Below, piece after piece: positions 26,921 to 40,100 of a stretch of 64,000 bases of DNA (positions are counted from its first letter, which is position 1; each line of letters starts with the position of its first letter). The notes under the pieces are model-generated. The model searched no databases, was not told where the DNA came from, and saw nothing but the letters and a program-made list of their open reading frames with translations. A program made the translations under genes and the position numbers. Origin of the DNA: the human T2T-CHM13v2.0 reference genome, Homo sapiens; assembly GCF_009914755.1 (NCBI RefSeq), contig NC_060934.1; one strand, written 5' to 3'.

Positions 26921-29900
26921 GTGATGTGTGCGTTCAACTCACAGAGTTTAACCTTTCTTTTCATAGAGCAGTTTGGAAACACTCTGTTTGTAAAGCCTGC
27001 AAGTGCTTTTTTGGACTTCATTGAGGCCTTCGTTGGAAACGGGATTTCTTCATATAATGCTAGACAGAAGAATTCTCAGTCACTTGTTTGTGTTGTGTGT
27101 ATTCAAGTCACAGAGTTGAACCTTCCTTTAGACAGAGCAGTTTTGAAAAATTCTTTCTGTGGAGTTTGCAAGTGGAGATTTCAAGCGATTTGAGGCTAAT
27201 CTTTGAAATGGAAATATCTTCGTGTAAAAACTACACAGAATCATTCTCAGAAACTGCTTTGTCATCTGTGCGTTCAGTTCACAGAGTTTCACCTTTCTTT
27301 TCATACAGCAGTTTGGAAAGACTCTGTCTGTAAAGTCTGCAAGTGATTAGTTAGACCCCTTTGAGGCCTTCGTTGAAAGCGGAATTTCTCATTTACTGCT
27401 AGACAGAAGAATTCTCAGTAAATCCTTTGTGTTGTGTGTATTCAACTCACAGAGTGGAACCTTCCTTTATTCAGAGCAGTTTTGAAAAACACTTTTTGTG
27501 GAATTTGCAAGTGGAGATTTCAAGCGATTTGACGCCAATCTTAGACATGGAAATGTCTTCATATTAAAAGTACACAGAGTCATTCGTAGAAACTAGTTTG
27601 TGATGTGTGCCTTCAACTCACAGAGTTTAACCTTTCTTTTCATAGAGCAGTTTGGAAACACTCTATTTGTAAAGTCTGCAAGTGGATATTTGGACCTCTT
27701 TGAGGCCTTCATTGGAAACGGGATTTCTTCATACAACGCTAGACAGAAGAATTCTCAGTAACTTCTTTGTGTTGTGTGTATTCAACTCACAGAGTTGAAC
27801 CTTTCTTTAGAGAGAGCAGAGTTGAAACACTCTGTTTTTGGAATTTGCAAGTGCAGATTTCAAGCGCTTCTAGGCCTATGGCAGAAAAGGAAATATCTTC
27901 GTATAAAAACTACACAGAATCATTCTCAACAACTACTTTGTGATGTGTGCGTTCAACTCACAGAGTTTAACCTTTCTTTTCATAGAGCAGTTTGGAAACA
28001 CTCTGTTTGTAAAGCCTGCAAGTGCTTTTTTGGACTTCATTGAGGCCTTCGTTGGAAACGGGATTTCTTCATATAATGCTAGACAGAAGAATTCTCAGTC
28101 ACTTGTTTGTGTTGTGTGTATTCAAGTCACAGAGTTGAACCTTCCTTTAGACAGAGCAGTTTTGAAAAATTCTTTCTGTGGAGTTTGCAAGTGGAGGTTT
28201 CAAGCGATTTGAGGCTAATCTTTGAAATGGAAATATCTTCGTGTAAAAACTACACAGAATCATTCTCAGAAACTGCTTTGTCATCTGTGCGTTCAGTTCA
28301 CAGAGTTTCACCTTTCTCTTCATAGAGCAGTTTGGAAAGACTCTGTCTGTAAAGTCTGCAAGTGATTAGTTAGACCCCTTTGAGGCCTTCGTTGGAAGCG
28401 GGATTTCTCATTTACTGCTAGACAGAAGAATTCTCAGTAAATCCTTTGTGTTGTGTGTATTCAACTCACAGAGTGGAACCTTCCTTTATTCAGAGCAGTT
28501 TTGAAACACTCTTTTTGTGGAATTTGCAAGTGGAGATTTCAAGCGATTTGACGCCAATCTTAGACATGGAAATATCTTCATATTAAAAGTACACAGAGTC
28601 ATTCGTAGAAACTAGTTTGTGATGTGTGCCTTCAACTCACAGAGTTTAACCTTTCTTTTCATAGAGCAGTTGGGAAACACTCTATTTGTAAAGTCTGCAA
28701 GTGGATATTTGGACCTCTTTGAGGCCTTCGTTGGAAACGGGATTTCTTCATATAACGCTAGACAGAAGAATTCTCAGTAACTTCTTTGTGTTGTGTGTAT
28801 TCAACTCACAGAGTTGAACCTTTCTTTAGAGGGAGCAGAGGTGAAACACTCTTTTTGTGGAATTTGCTAGTGTAGATTTCAAACGCTTCGAAGACAGTGA
28901 TAGAAAAGGATATATCTTCGTATTAAAAGTAGACAAAATCATTCTCAGAAAACTCTTTGTGATGTGTGTGTTCAACTCACAGAGTTTAACCTTTCTTTAA
29001 TCGAGCAGTTTGGAAATACACTCTTTGTAAGTCTGCAGGTGGATATTTGGCCCTCTTTGAGCCCTTCGTTGGAAACGGGATTTCCTCATATAATGCTAGA
29101 CAGAAGAATTCTCAGTAACTTCTTTGTGTTGTTTGTATTCAACACACAGATTTGAACCTTCCTTTAGAGAGAGCAGATTTGAAACACTCTGTTTTTGGAA
29201 TTTGCAAGTGCAGATTTCAAGCGCTTCTAGGCCTATGGCAGAAAAGGAAATATCTTCGTATAAAAACTACACAGAATCATTCTCAACAACTACTTTGTGA
29301 TGTGTGCGTTCAACTCACAGAGTTTAACCTTTCTTTTCATAGAGCAGTTTGGAAACACTCTGTTTGTAAAGCCTGCAAGTGCTTTTTTGGACTTCATTGA
29401 GGCCTTCGTTGGAAACGGGATTTCTTCATATAATGCTAGACAGAAGAATTCTCAGTCACTTGTTTGTGTTGTGTGTATTCAAGTCACAGAGTTGAACCTT
29501 CCTTTAGACAGAGCAGTTTTGAAAAATTCTTTCTGTGGAGTTTGCAAGTGGAGATTTCAAGCGATTTGAGGCTAATCTTTGAAATGGAAATATCTTCGTG
29601 TAAAAACTACACAGAATCATTCTCAGAAACTGCTTTGTCATCTGTGCGTTCAGTTCACAGAGTTTCACCTTTCTCTTCATAGAGCAGTTTGGAAAGACTC
29701 TGTCTGTAAAGTCTGCAAGTGATTAGTTAGACCCCTTTGAGGCCTTCGTTGGAAGTGGGATTTCTCATTTACTGCTAGACAGAAGAATTCTCAGTAAATC
29801 CTTTGTGTTGTGTGTATTCAACTCACAGAGTGGAACCTTCCTTTATTCAGAGCAGTTTTGAAAAACACTTTTTGTGGAATTTGCAAGTGGAGATTTCAAG

Positions 29901-32900
29901 CGATTTGACGCCAATCTTAGACATGGAAATATCTTCATATTAAAAGTACACAGAGTCATTCGTAGAAACTAGTTTGTGATGTGTGCCTTCAACTCACAGA
30001 GTTTAACCTTTCTTTTCATAGAGCAGTTTGGAAACACTCTATTTGTAAAGTCTGCAAGTGGATATTTGGACCTCTTTGAGGCCTTCGTTGGAAACGGGAT
30101 TTCTTCATACAACGCTAGACAGAAGAATTCTCAGTAACTTCTTTGTGTTGTGTGTATTCAACTCACAGAGTTGAACCTTTCTTTAGAGAGAGCAGAGTTG
30201 AAACACTCTGTTTTTGGAATTTGCAACTGCAGATTTCAAGCGATTCTAGGCCTATGGCAGAAAAGGAAATATCTTCGTATAAAAACTACACAGAATCATT
30301 CTCAACAACTACTTTGTGATGTGTGCGTTCAACTCACAGAGTTTAACCTTTCTTTTCATAGAGCAGTTTGGAAACACTCTGTTTGTAAAGCCTGCAAGTG
30401 CTTTTTTGGACTTCATTGAGGCCTTCGTTGGAAACGGGATTTCTTCATATAATGCTAGACAGAAGAATTCTCAGTCACTTCTTTGTGTTGTGTGTATTCA
30501 AGTCACAGAGTTGAACCTTCCTTTAGACAGAGCAGTTTTGAAAAATTCTTTCTGTGTAATTTGCAAGTGGAGATTTCAAGCGATTTGAGGCTAATCTTTG
30601 AAATGGAAATATCTTCGTGTAAAAACTACACAGAATCATTCTCAGAAACTGCTTTGTCATCTGTGCGTTCAGTTCACAGAGTTTCACCTTTCTCTTCATA
30701 GAGCAGTTTGGAAAGACTCTGTCTGTAAAGTCTGCAAGTGATTAGTTAGACCCCTTTGAGGCCTTCGTTGGAAGCGGGATTTCTCATTTACTGCTAGACA
30801 GAAGAATTCTCAGTAAATCCTTTGTGTTGTGTGTATTCAACTCACAGAGTGGAACCTTCCTTTATTCAGAGCAGTTTTGAAACACTCTTTTTGTGGAATT
30901 TGCAAGTGGAGATTTCAAGCGATTTGACGCCAATCTTAGACATGGAAAAATCTTCATATTAAAAGTACACAGAGTCATTCGTAGAAACTAGTTTGTGATG
31001 TGTGCCTTCAACTCACAGAGTTTAACCTTTCTTTTCATAGAGCAGTTGGGAAACACTCTATTTGTAAAGTCTGCAAGTGGATATTTGGACCTCTTTGAGG
31101 CCTTCGTTGGAAACGGGATTTCTTCATATAACGCTAGACAGAAGAATTCTCAGTAACTTCTTTGTGTTGTGTGTATTCAACTCACAGAGTTGAACCTTTC
31201 TTTAGAGGGAGCAGAGGTGAAACACTCTTTTTGTGGAATTTGCTAGTGTAGATTTCAAACGCTTCGAAGACAGTGATAGAAAAGGATATATCTTCATATT
31301 AAAAGTAGACAAAATCATTCTCAGAAAACTCTTTGTGATGTGTGTGTTCAACTCACAGAGTTTAACCTTTCTTTAATCGAGCAGTTTGGAAATACACTCT
31401 TTGTAAGTCTGCAGGTGGATATTTGGCCCTCTTTGAGCCCTTCGTTGGAAACGGGATTTCCTCATATAATGCTAGACAGAAGAATTCTCAGTAACTTCTT
31501 TGTGTTGTTTGTATTCAACACACAGATTTGAACCTTCCTTTAGAGAGAGCAGATTTGAAACACTCTGTTTTTGGAATTTGCAAGTGCAGATTTCAAGCGC
31601 TTCTAGGCCTATGGCAGAAAAGGAAATATCTTCGTATAAAAACTACACAGAATCATTCTCAACAACTACTTTGTGATGTGTGCGTTCAACTCACAGAGTT
31701 TAACCTTTCTTTTCATAGAGCAGTTTGGAAACACTCTGTTTGTAAAGCCTGCAAGTGCTTTTTTGGACTTCATTGAGGCCTTCGTTGGAAACGGGATTTC
31801 TTCATATAATGCTAGACAGAAGAATTCTCAGTCACTTGTTTGTGTTGTGTGTATTCAAGTCACAGAGTTGAACCTTCCTTTAGACAGAGCAGTTTTGAAA
31901 AATTCTTTCTGTGGAGTTTGCAAGTGGAGATTTCAAGCGATTTGAGGCTAATCTTTGAAATGGAAATATCTTCGTGTAAAAACTACACAGAATCATTCTC
32001 AGAAACTGCTTTGTCATCTGTGCGTTCAGTTCACAGAGTTTCACCTTTCTTTTCATACAGCAGTTTGGAAAGACTCTGTCTGTAAAGTCTGCAAGTGATT
32101 AGTTAGACCCCTTTGAGGCCTTCGTTGAAAGCGGAATTTCTCATTTACTGCTAGACAGAAGAATTCTCAGTAAATCCTTTGTGTTGTGTGTATTCAACTC
32201 ACAGAGTGGAACCTTCCTTTATTCAGAGCAGTTTTGAAAAACACTTTTTGTGGAATTTGCAAGTGGAGATTTCAAGCGATTTGACGCCAATCTTAGACAT
32301 GGAAATGTCTTCATATTAAAAGTACACAGAGTCATTCGTAGAAACTAGTTTGTGATGTGTGCCTTCAACTCACAGAGTTTAACCTTTCTTTTCATAGAGC
32401 AGTTTGGAAACACTCTATTTGTAAAGTCTGCAAGTGGATATTTGGACCTCTTTGAGGCCTTCATTGGAAACGGGATTTCTTCATACAACGCTAGACAGAA
32501 GAATTCTCAGTAACTTCTTTGTGTTGTGTGTATTCAACTCACAGAGTTGAACCTTTCTTTAGAGAGAGCAGAGTTGAAACACTCTGTTTTTGGAATTTGC
32601 AAGTGCAGATTTCAAGCGCTTCTAGGCCTATGGCAGAAAAGGAAATATCTTCGTATAAAAACTACACAGAATCATTCTCAACAACTACTTTGTGATGTGT
32701 GCGTTCAACTCACAGAGTTTAACCTTTCTTTTCATAGAGCAGTTTGGAAACACTCTGTTTGTAAAGCCTGCAAGTGCTTTTTTGGACTTCATTGAGGCCT
32801 TCGTTGGAAACGGGATTTCTTCATATAATGCTAGACAGAAGAATTCTCAGTCACTTGTTTGTGTTGTGTGTATTCAAGTCACAGAGTTGAACCTTCCTTT

Positions 32901-34048
32901 AGACAGAGCAGTTTTGAAAAATTCTTTCTGTGGAGTTTGCAAGTGGAGGTTTCAAGCGATTTGAGGCTAATCTTTGAAATGGAAATATCTTCGTGTAAAA
33001 ACTACACAGAATCATTCTCAGAAACTGCTTTGTCATCTGTGCGTTCAGTTCACAGAGTTTCACCTTTCTCTTCATAGAGCAGTTTGGAAAGACTCTGTCT
33101 GTAAAGTCTGCAAGTGATTAGTTAGACCCCTTTGAGGCCTTCGTTGGAAGCGGGATTTCTCATTTACTGCTAGACAGAAGAATTCTCAGTAAATCCTTTG
33201 TGTTGTGTGTATTCAACTCACAGAGTGGAACCTTCCTTTATTCAGAGCAGTTTTGAAACACTCTTTTTGTGGAATTTGCAAGTGGAGATTTCAAGCGATT
33301 TGACGCCAATCTTAGACATGGAAATATCTTCATATTAAAAGTACACAGAGTCATTCGTAGAAACTAGTTTGTGATGTGTGCCTTCAACTCACAGAGTTTA
33401 ACCTTTCTTTTCATAGAGCAGTTGGGAAACACTCTATTTGTAAAGTCTGCAAGTGGATATTTGGACCTCTTTGAGGCCTTCGTTGGAAACGGGATTTCTT
33501 CATATAACGCTAGACAGAAGAATTCTCAGTAACTTCTTTGTGTTGTGTGTATTCAACTCACAGAGTTGAACCTTTCTTTAGAGGGAGCAGAGGTGAAACA
33601 CTCTTTTTGTGGAATTTGCTAGTGTAGATTTCAAACGCTTCGAAGACAGTGATAGAAAAGGATATATCTTCGTATTAAAAGTAGACAAAATCATTCTCAG
33701 AAAACTCTTTGTGATGTGTGTGTTCAACTCACAGAGTTTAACCTTTCTTTAATCGAGCAGTTTGGAAATACACTCTTTGTAAGTCTGCAGGTGGATATTT
33801 GGCCCTCTTTGAGCCCTTCGTTGGAAACGGGATTTCCTCATATAATGCTAGACAGAAGAATTCTCAGTAACTTCTTTGTGTTGTTTGTATTCAACACACA
33901 GATTTGAACCTTCCTTTAGAGAGAGCAGATTTGAAACACTCTGTTTTTGGAATTTGCAAGTGCAGATTTCAAGCGCTTCTAGGCCTATGGCAGAAAAGGA
34001 AATATCTTCGTATAAAAACTACACAGAATCATTCTCAACAACTACTTT

Positions 34049-37000
34049 GTGATGTGTGCGTTCAACTCACAGAGTTTAACCTTTCTTTTCATAGAGCAGT
34101 TTGGAAACACTCTGTTTGTAAAGCCTGCAAGTGCTTTTTTGGACTTCATTGAGGCCTTCGTTGGAAACGGGATTTCTTCATATAATGCTAGACAGAAGAA
34201 TTCTCAGTCACTTGTTTGTGTTGTGTGTATTCAAGTCACAGAGTTGAACCTTCCTTTAGACAGAGCAGTTTTGAAAAATTCTTTCTGTGGAGTTTGCAAG
34301 TGGAGATTTCAAGCGATTTGAGGCTAATCTTTGAAATGGAAATATCTTCGTGTAAAAACTACACAGAATCATTCTCAGAAACTGCTTTGTCATCTGTGCG
34401 TTCAGTTCACAGAGTTTCACCTTTCTTTTCATACAGCAGTTTGGAAAGACTCTGTCTGTAAAGTCTGCAAGTGATTAGTTAGACCCCTTTGAGGCCTTCG
34501 TTGAAAGCGGGATTTCTCATTTACTGCTAGACAGAAGAATTCTCAGTAAATCCTTTGTGTTGTGTGTATTCAACTCACAGAGTGGAACCTTCCTTTATTC
34601 AGAGCAGTTTTGAAAAACACTTTTTGTGGAATTTGCAAGTGGAGATTTCAAGCGATTTGACGCCAATCTTAGACATGGAAATGTCTTCATATTAAAAGTA
34701 CACAGAGTCATTCGTAGAAACTAGTTTGTGATGTGTGCCTTCAACTCACAGAGTTTAACCTTTCTTTTCATAGAGCAGTTTGGAAACACTCTATTTGTAA
34801 AGTCTGCAAGTGGATATTTGGACCTCTTTGAGGCCTTCATTGGAAACGGGATTTCTTCATACAACGCTAGACAGAAGAATTCTCAGTAACTTCTTTGTGT
34901 TGTGTGTATTCAACTCACAGAGTTGAACCTTTCTTTAGAGAGAGCAGAGTTGAAACACTCTGTTTTTGGAATTTGCAAGTGCAGATTTCAAGCGCTTCTA
35001 GGCCTATGGCAGAAAAGGAAATATCTTCGTATAAAAACTACACAGAATCATTCTCAACAACTACTTTGTGATGTGTGCGTTCAACTCACAGAGTTTAACC
35101 TTTCTTTTCATAGAGCAGTTTGGAAACACTCTGTTTGTAAAGCCTGCAAGTGCTTTTTTGGACTTCATTGAGGCCTTCGTTGGAAACGGGATTTCTTCAT
35201 ATAATGCTAGACAGAAGAATTCTCAGTCACTTGTTTGTGTTGTGTGTATTCAAGTCATAGAGTTGAACCTTCCTTTAGACAGAGCAGTTTTGAAAAATTC
35301 TTTCTGTGGAGTTTGCAAGTGGAGATTTCAAGCGATTTGAGGCTAATCTTTGAAATGGAAATATCTTCGTGTAAAAACTACACAGAATCATTCTCAGAAA
35401 CTGCTTTGTCATCTGTGCGTTCAGTTCACAGAGTTTCACCTTTCTCTTCATAGAGCAGTTTGGAAAGACTCTGTCTGTAAAGTCTGCAAGTGATTAGTTA
35501 GACCCCTTTGAGGCCTTCGTTGGAAGCGGGATTTCTCATTTACTGCTAGACAGAAGAATTCTCAGTAAATCCTTTGTGTTGTGTGTATTCAACTCACAGA
35601 GTGGAACCTTCCTTTATTCAGAGCAGTTTTGAAACACTCTTTTTGTGGAATTTGCAAGTGGAGATTTCAAGCGATTTGACGCCAATCTTAGACATGGAAA
35701 TATCTTCATATTAAAAGTACACAGAGTCATTCGTAGAAACTAGTTTGTGATGTGTGCCTTCAACTCACAGAGTTTAACCTTTCTTTTCATAGAGCAGTTT
35801 GGAAACACTCTATTTGTAAAGTCTGCAAGTGGATATTTGGACCTCTTTGAGGCCTTCGTTGGAAACGGGATTTCTTCATACAACGCTAGACAGAAGAATT
35901 CTCAGTAACTTCTTTGTGTTGTGTGTATTCAACTCACAGAGTTGAACCTTTCTTTAGAGAGAGCAGAGTTGAAACACTCTGTTTTTGGAATTTGCAAGTG
36001 CAGATTTCAAGCGATTCTAGGCCTATGGCAGAAAAGGAAATATCTTCGTATAAAAACTACACAGAATCATTCTCAACAACTACTTTGTGATGTGTGCGTT
36101 TAACTCACAGAGTTTAACCTTTCTTTTCATAGAGCAGTTTGGAAACACTCTGTTTGTAAAGCCTGCAAGTGCTTTTTTGGACTTCATTCAGGCCTTCGTT
36201 GGAAACGGGATTTCTTCATATAATGCTAGACAGAAGAATTCTCAGTCACTTGTTTGTGTTGTGTGTATTCAAGTCACAGAGTTGAACCTTCCTTTAGACA
36301 GAGCAGTTTTGAAAAATTCTTTCTGTGGAGTTTGCAAGTGGAGATTTCAAGCGATTTGAGGCTAATCTTTGAAATGGAAATATCTTCGTGTAAAAACTAC
36401 ACAGAATCATTCTCAGAAACTGCTTTGTCATCTGTGCGTTCAGTTCACAGAGTTTCACCTTTCTCTTCATAGAGCAGTTTGGAAAGACTCTGTCTGTAAA
36501 GTCTGCAAGTGATTAGTTAGACCCCTTTGAGGACTTCGTTGGAAGCGGGATTTCTCATTTACTGCTAGACAGAAGAATTCTCAGTAAATCCTTTGTGTTG
36601 TGTGTATTCAACTCACAGAGTGGAACCTTCCTTTATTCAGAGCAGTTTTGAAACACTCTTTTTGTGAAATTTGCAAGTGGAGATTTCAAGCGATTTGACG
36701 CCAATCTTAGACATGGAAATATCTTCATATTAAAAGTACACAGAGTCATCCGTAGAAACTAGTTTGTGATGTGTGCCTTCAACTCACAGAGTTTAACCTT
36801 TCTTTTCATAGAGCAGTTGGGAAACACTCTATTTGTAAAGTCTGCAAGTGGATATTTGGACCTCTTTGAGGCCTTCGTTGGAAACGGGATTTCTTCATAC
36901 AACGCTAGACAGAAGAATTCTCAGTAACTTCTTTGTGTTGTGTGTATTCAACTCACAGAGTTGAACCTTCCTTTAGAGAGAGCAGATTTGAAACACTCTG

Positions 37001-37105
37001 TTTTTGGAATTTGCAAGTGCAGATTTCAAGCGCTTCTAGGCCTATGGCAGAAAAGGAAATATCTTCGTATAAAAACTACACAGAATCATTCTCAACAACT
37101 ACTTT
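34049..37105 (+). repeat. Run of three consecutive 6-mer units
   Basis: Anchors at 34049, 35068, 36087 and 37106 are each 1019 bp apart. Confidence 0.93.
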
Positions 37106-40100
37106 GTGATGTGTGCGTTCAACTCACAGAGTTTAACCTTTCTTTTCATAGAGCAGTTTGGAAACACTCTGTTTGTAAAGCCTGCAAGTGCTTTTTTGGA
37201 CTTCATTGAGGCCTTCGTTGGAAACGGGATTTCTTCATATAATGCTAGACAGAAGAATTCTCAGTCACTTGTTTGTGTTGTGTGTATTCAAGTCACAGAG
37301 TTGAACCTTCCTTTAGACAGAGCAGTTTTGAAAAATTCTTTCTGTGGAGTTTGCAAGTGGAGATTTCAAGCGATTTGAGGCTAATCTTTGAAATGGAAAT
37401 ATCTTCGTGTAAAAACTACACAGAATCATTCTCAGAAACTGCTTTGTCATCTGTGCGTTCAGTTCACAGAGTTTCACCTTTCTCTTCATAGAGCAGTTTG
37501 GAAAGACTCTGTCTGTAAAGTCTGCAAGTGATTAGTTAGACCCCTTTGAGGCCTTCGTTGGAAGCGGGATTTCTCATTTACTGCTAGACAGAAGAATTCT
37601 CAGTAAATCCTTTGTGTTGTGTGTATTCAACTCACAGAGTGGAACCTTCCTTTATTCAGAGCAGTTTTGAAACACTCTTTTTGTGGAATTTGCAAGTGGA
37701 GATTTCAAGCGATTTGACGCCAATCTTAGACATGGAAATATCTTCATATTAAAAGTACACAGAGTCATTCGTAGAAACTAGTTTGTGATGTGTGCCTTCA
37801 ACTCACAGAGTTTAACCTTTCTTTTCATAGAGCAGTTGGGAAACACTCTATTTGTAAAGTCTGCAAGTGGATATTTGGACCTCTTTGAGGCCTTCGTTGG
37901 AAACGGGATTTCTTCATATAACGCTAGACAGAAGAATTCTCAGTAACTTCTTTGTGTTGTGTGTATTCAACTCACAGAGTTGAACCTTTCTTTAGAGGGA
38001 GCAGAGGTGAAACACTCTTTTTGTGGAATTTGCTAGTGTAGATTTCAAACGCTTCGAAGACAGTGATAGAAAAGGATATATCTTCGTATTAAAAGTAGAC
38101 AAAATCATTCTCAGAAAACTCTTTGTGATGTGTGTGTTCAACTCACAGAGTTTAACCTTTCTTTAATCGAGCAGTTTGGAAATACACTCTTTGTAAGTCT
38201 GCAGGTGGATATTTGGCCCTCTTTGAGCCCTTCGTTGGAAACGGGATTTCCTCATATAATGCTAGACAGAAGAATTCTCAGTAACTTCTTTGTGTTGTTT
38301 GTATTCAACACACAGATTTGAACCTTCCTTTAGAGAGAGCAGATTTGAAACACTCTGTTTTTGGAATTTGCAAGTGCAGATTTCAACCGCTTCTAGGCCT
38401 ATGGCAGAAAAGGAAATATCTTCGTATAAAAACTACACAGAATCATTCTCAACAACTACTTTGTGATGTGTGCGTTCAACTCACAGAGTTTAACCTTTCT
38501 TTTCATAGAGCAGTTTGGAAACACTCTGTTTGTAAAGCCTGCAAGTGCTTTTTTGGACTTCATTGAGGCCTTCGTTGGAAACGGGATTTCTTCATATAAT
38601 GCTAGACAGAAGAATTCTCAGTCACTTGTTTGTGTTGTGTGTATTCAAGTCACAGAGTTGAACCTTCCTTTAGACAGAGCAGTTTTGAAAAATTCTTTCT
38701 GTGGAGTTTGCAAGTGGAGATTTCAAGCGATTTGAGGCTAATCTTTGAAATGGAAATATCTTCGTGTAAAAACTACACAGAATCATTCTCAGAAACTGCT
38801 TTGTCATCTGTGCGTTCAGTTCACAGAGTTTCACCTTTCTTTTCATACAGCAGTTTGGAAAGACTCTGTCTGTAAAGTCTGCAAGTGATTAGTTAGACCC
38901 CTTTGAGGCCTTCGTTGAAAGCGGAATTTCTCATTTACTGCTAGACAGAAGAATTCTCAGTAAATCCTTTGTGTTGTGTGTATTCAACTCACAGAGTGGA
39001 ACCTTCCTTTATTCAGAGCAGTTTTGAAAAACACTTTTTGTGGAATTTGCAAGTGGAGATTTCAAGCGATTTGACGCCAATCTTAGACATGGAAATGTCT
39101 TCATATTAAAAGTACACAGAGTCATTCGTAGAAACTAGTTTGTGATGTGTGCCTTCAACTCACAGAGTTTAACCTTTCTTTTCATAGAGCAGTTTGGAAA
39201 CACTCTATTTGTAAAGTCTGCAAGTGGATATTTGGACCTCTTTGAGGCCTTCATTGGAAACGGGATTTCTTCATACAACGCTAGACAGAAGAATTCTCAG
39301 TAACTTCTTTGTGTTGTGTGTATTCAACTCACAGAGTTGAACCTTTCTTTAGAGAGAGCAGAGTTGAAACACTCTGTTTTTGGAATTTGCAAGTGCAGAT
39401 TTCAAGCGCTTCTAGGCCTATGGCAGAAAAGGAAATATCTTCGTATAAAAACTACACAGAATCATTCTCAACAACTACTTTGTGATGTGTGCGTTCAACT
39501 CACAGAGTTTAACCTTTCTTTTCATAGAGCAGTTTGGAAACACTCTGTTTGTAAAGCCTGCAAGTGCTTTTTTGGACTTCATTGAGGCCTTCGTTGGAAA
39601 CGGGATTTCTTCATATAATGCTAGACAGAAGAATTCTCAGTCACTTGTTTGTGTTGTGTGTATTCAAGTCACAGAGTTGAACCTTCCTTTAGACAGAGCA
39701 GTTTTGAAAAATTCTTTCTGTGGAGTTTGCAAGTGGAGGTTTCAAGCGATTTGAGGCTAATCTTTGAAATGGAAATATCTTCGTGTAAAAACTACACAGA
39801 ATCATTCTCAGAAACTGCTTTGTCATCTGTGCGTTCAGTTCACAGAGTTTCACCTTTCTCTTCATAGAGCAGTTTGGAAAGACTCTGTCTGTAAAGTCTG
39901 CAAGTGATTAGTTAGACCCCTTTGAGGCCTTCGTTGGAAGCGGGATTTCTCATTTACTGCTAGACAGAAGAATTCTCAGTAAATCCTTTGTGTTGTGTGT
40001 ATTCAACTCACAGAGTGGAACCTTCCTTTATTCAGAGCAGTTTTGAAACACTCTTTTTGTGGAATTTGCAAGTGGAGATTTCAAGCGATTTGACGCCAAT

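Noticed and set aside
36530-36550. ggActtcgttggaagcggga as another damaged CENP-B box
   Set aside because: The change at 36533 is just outside the 17-bp box and the core is intact.
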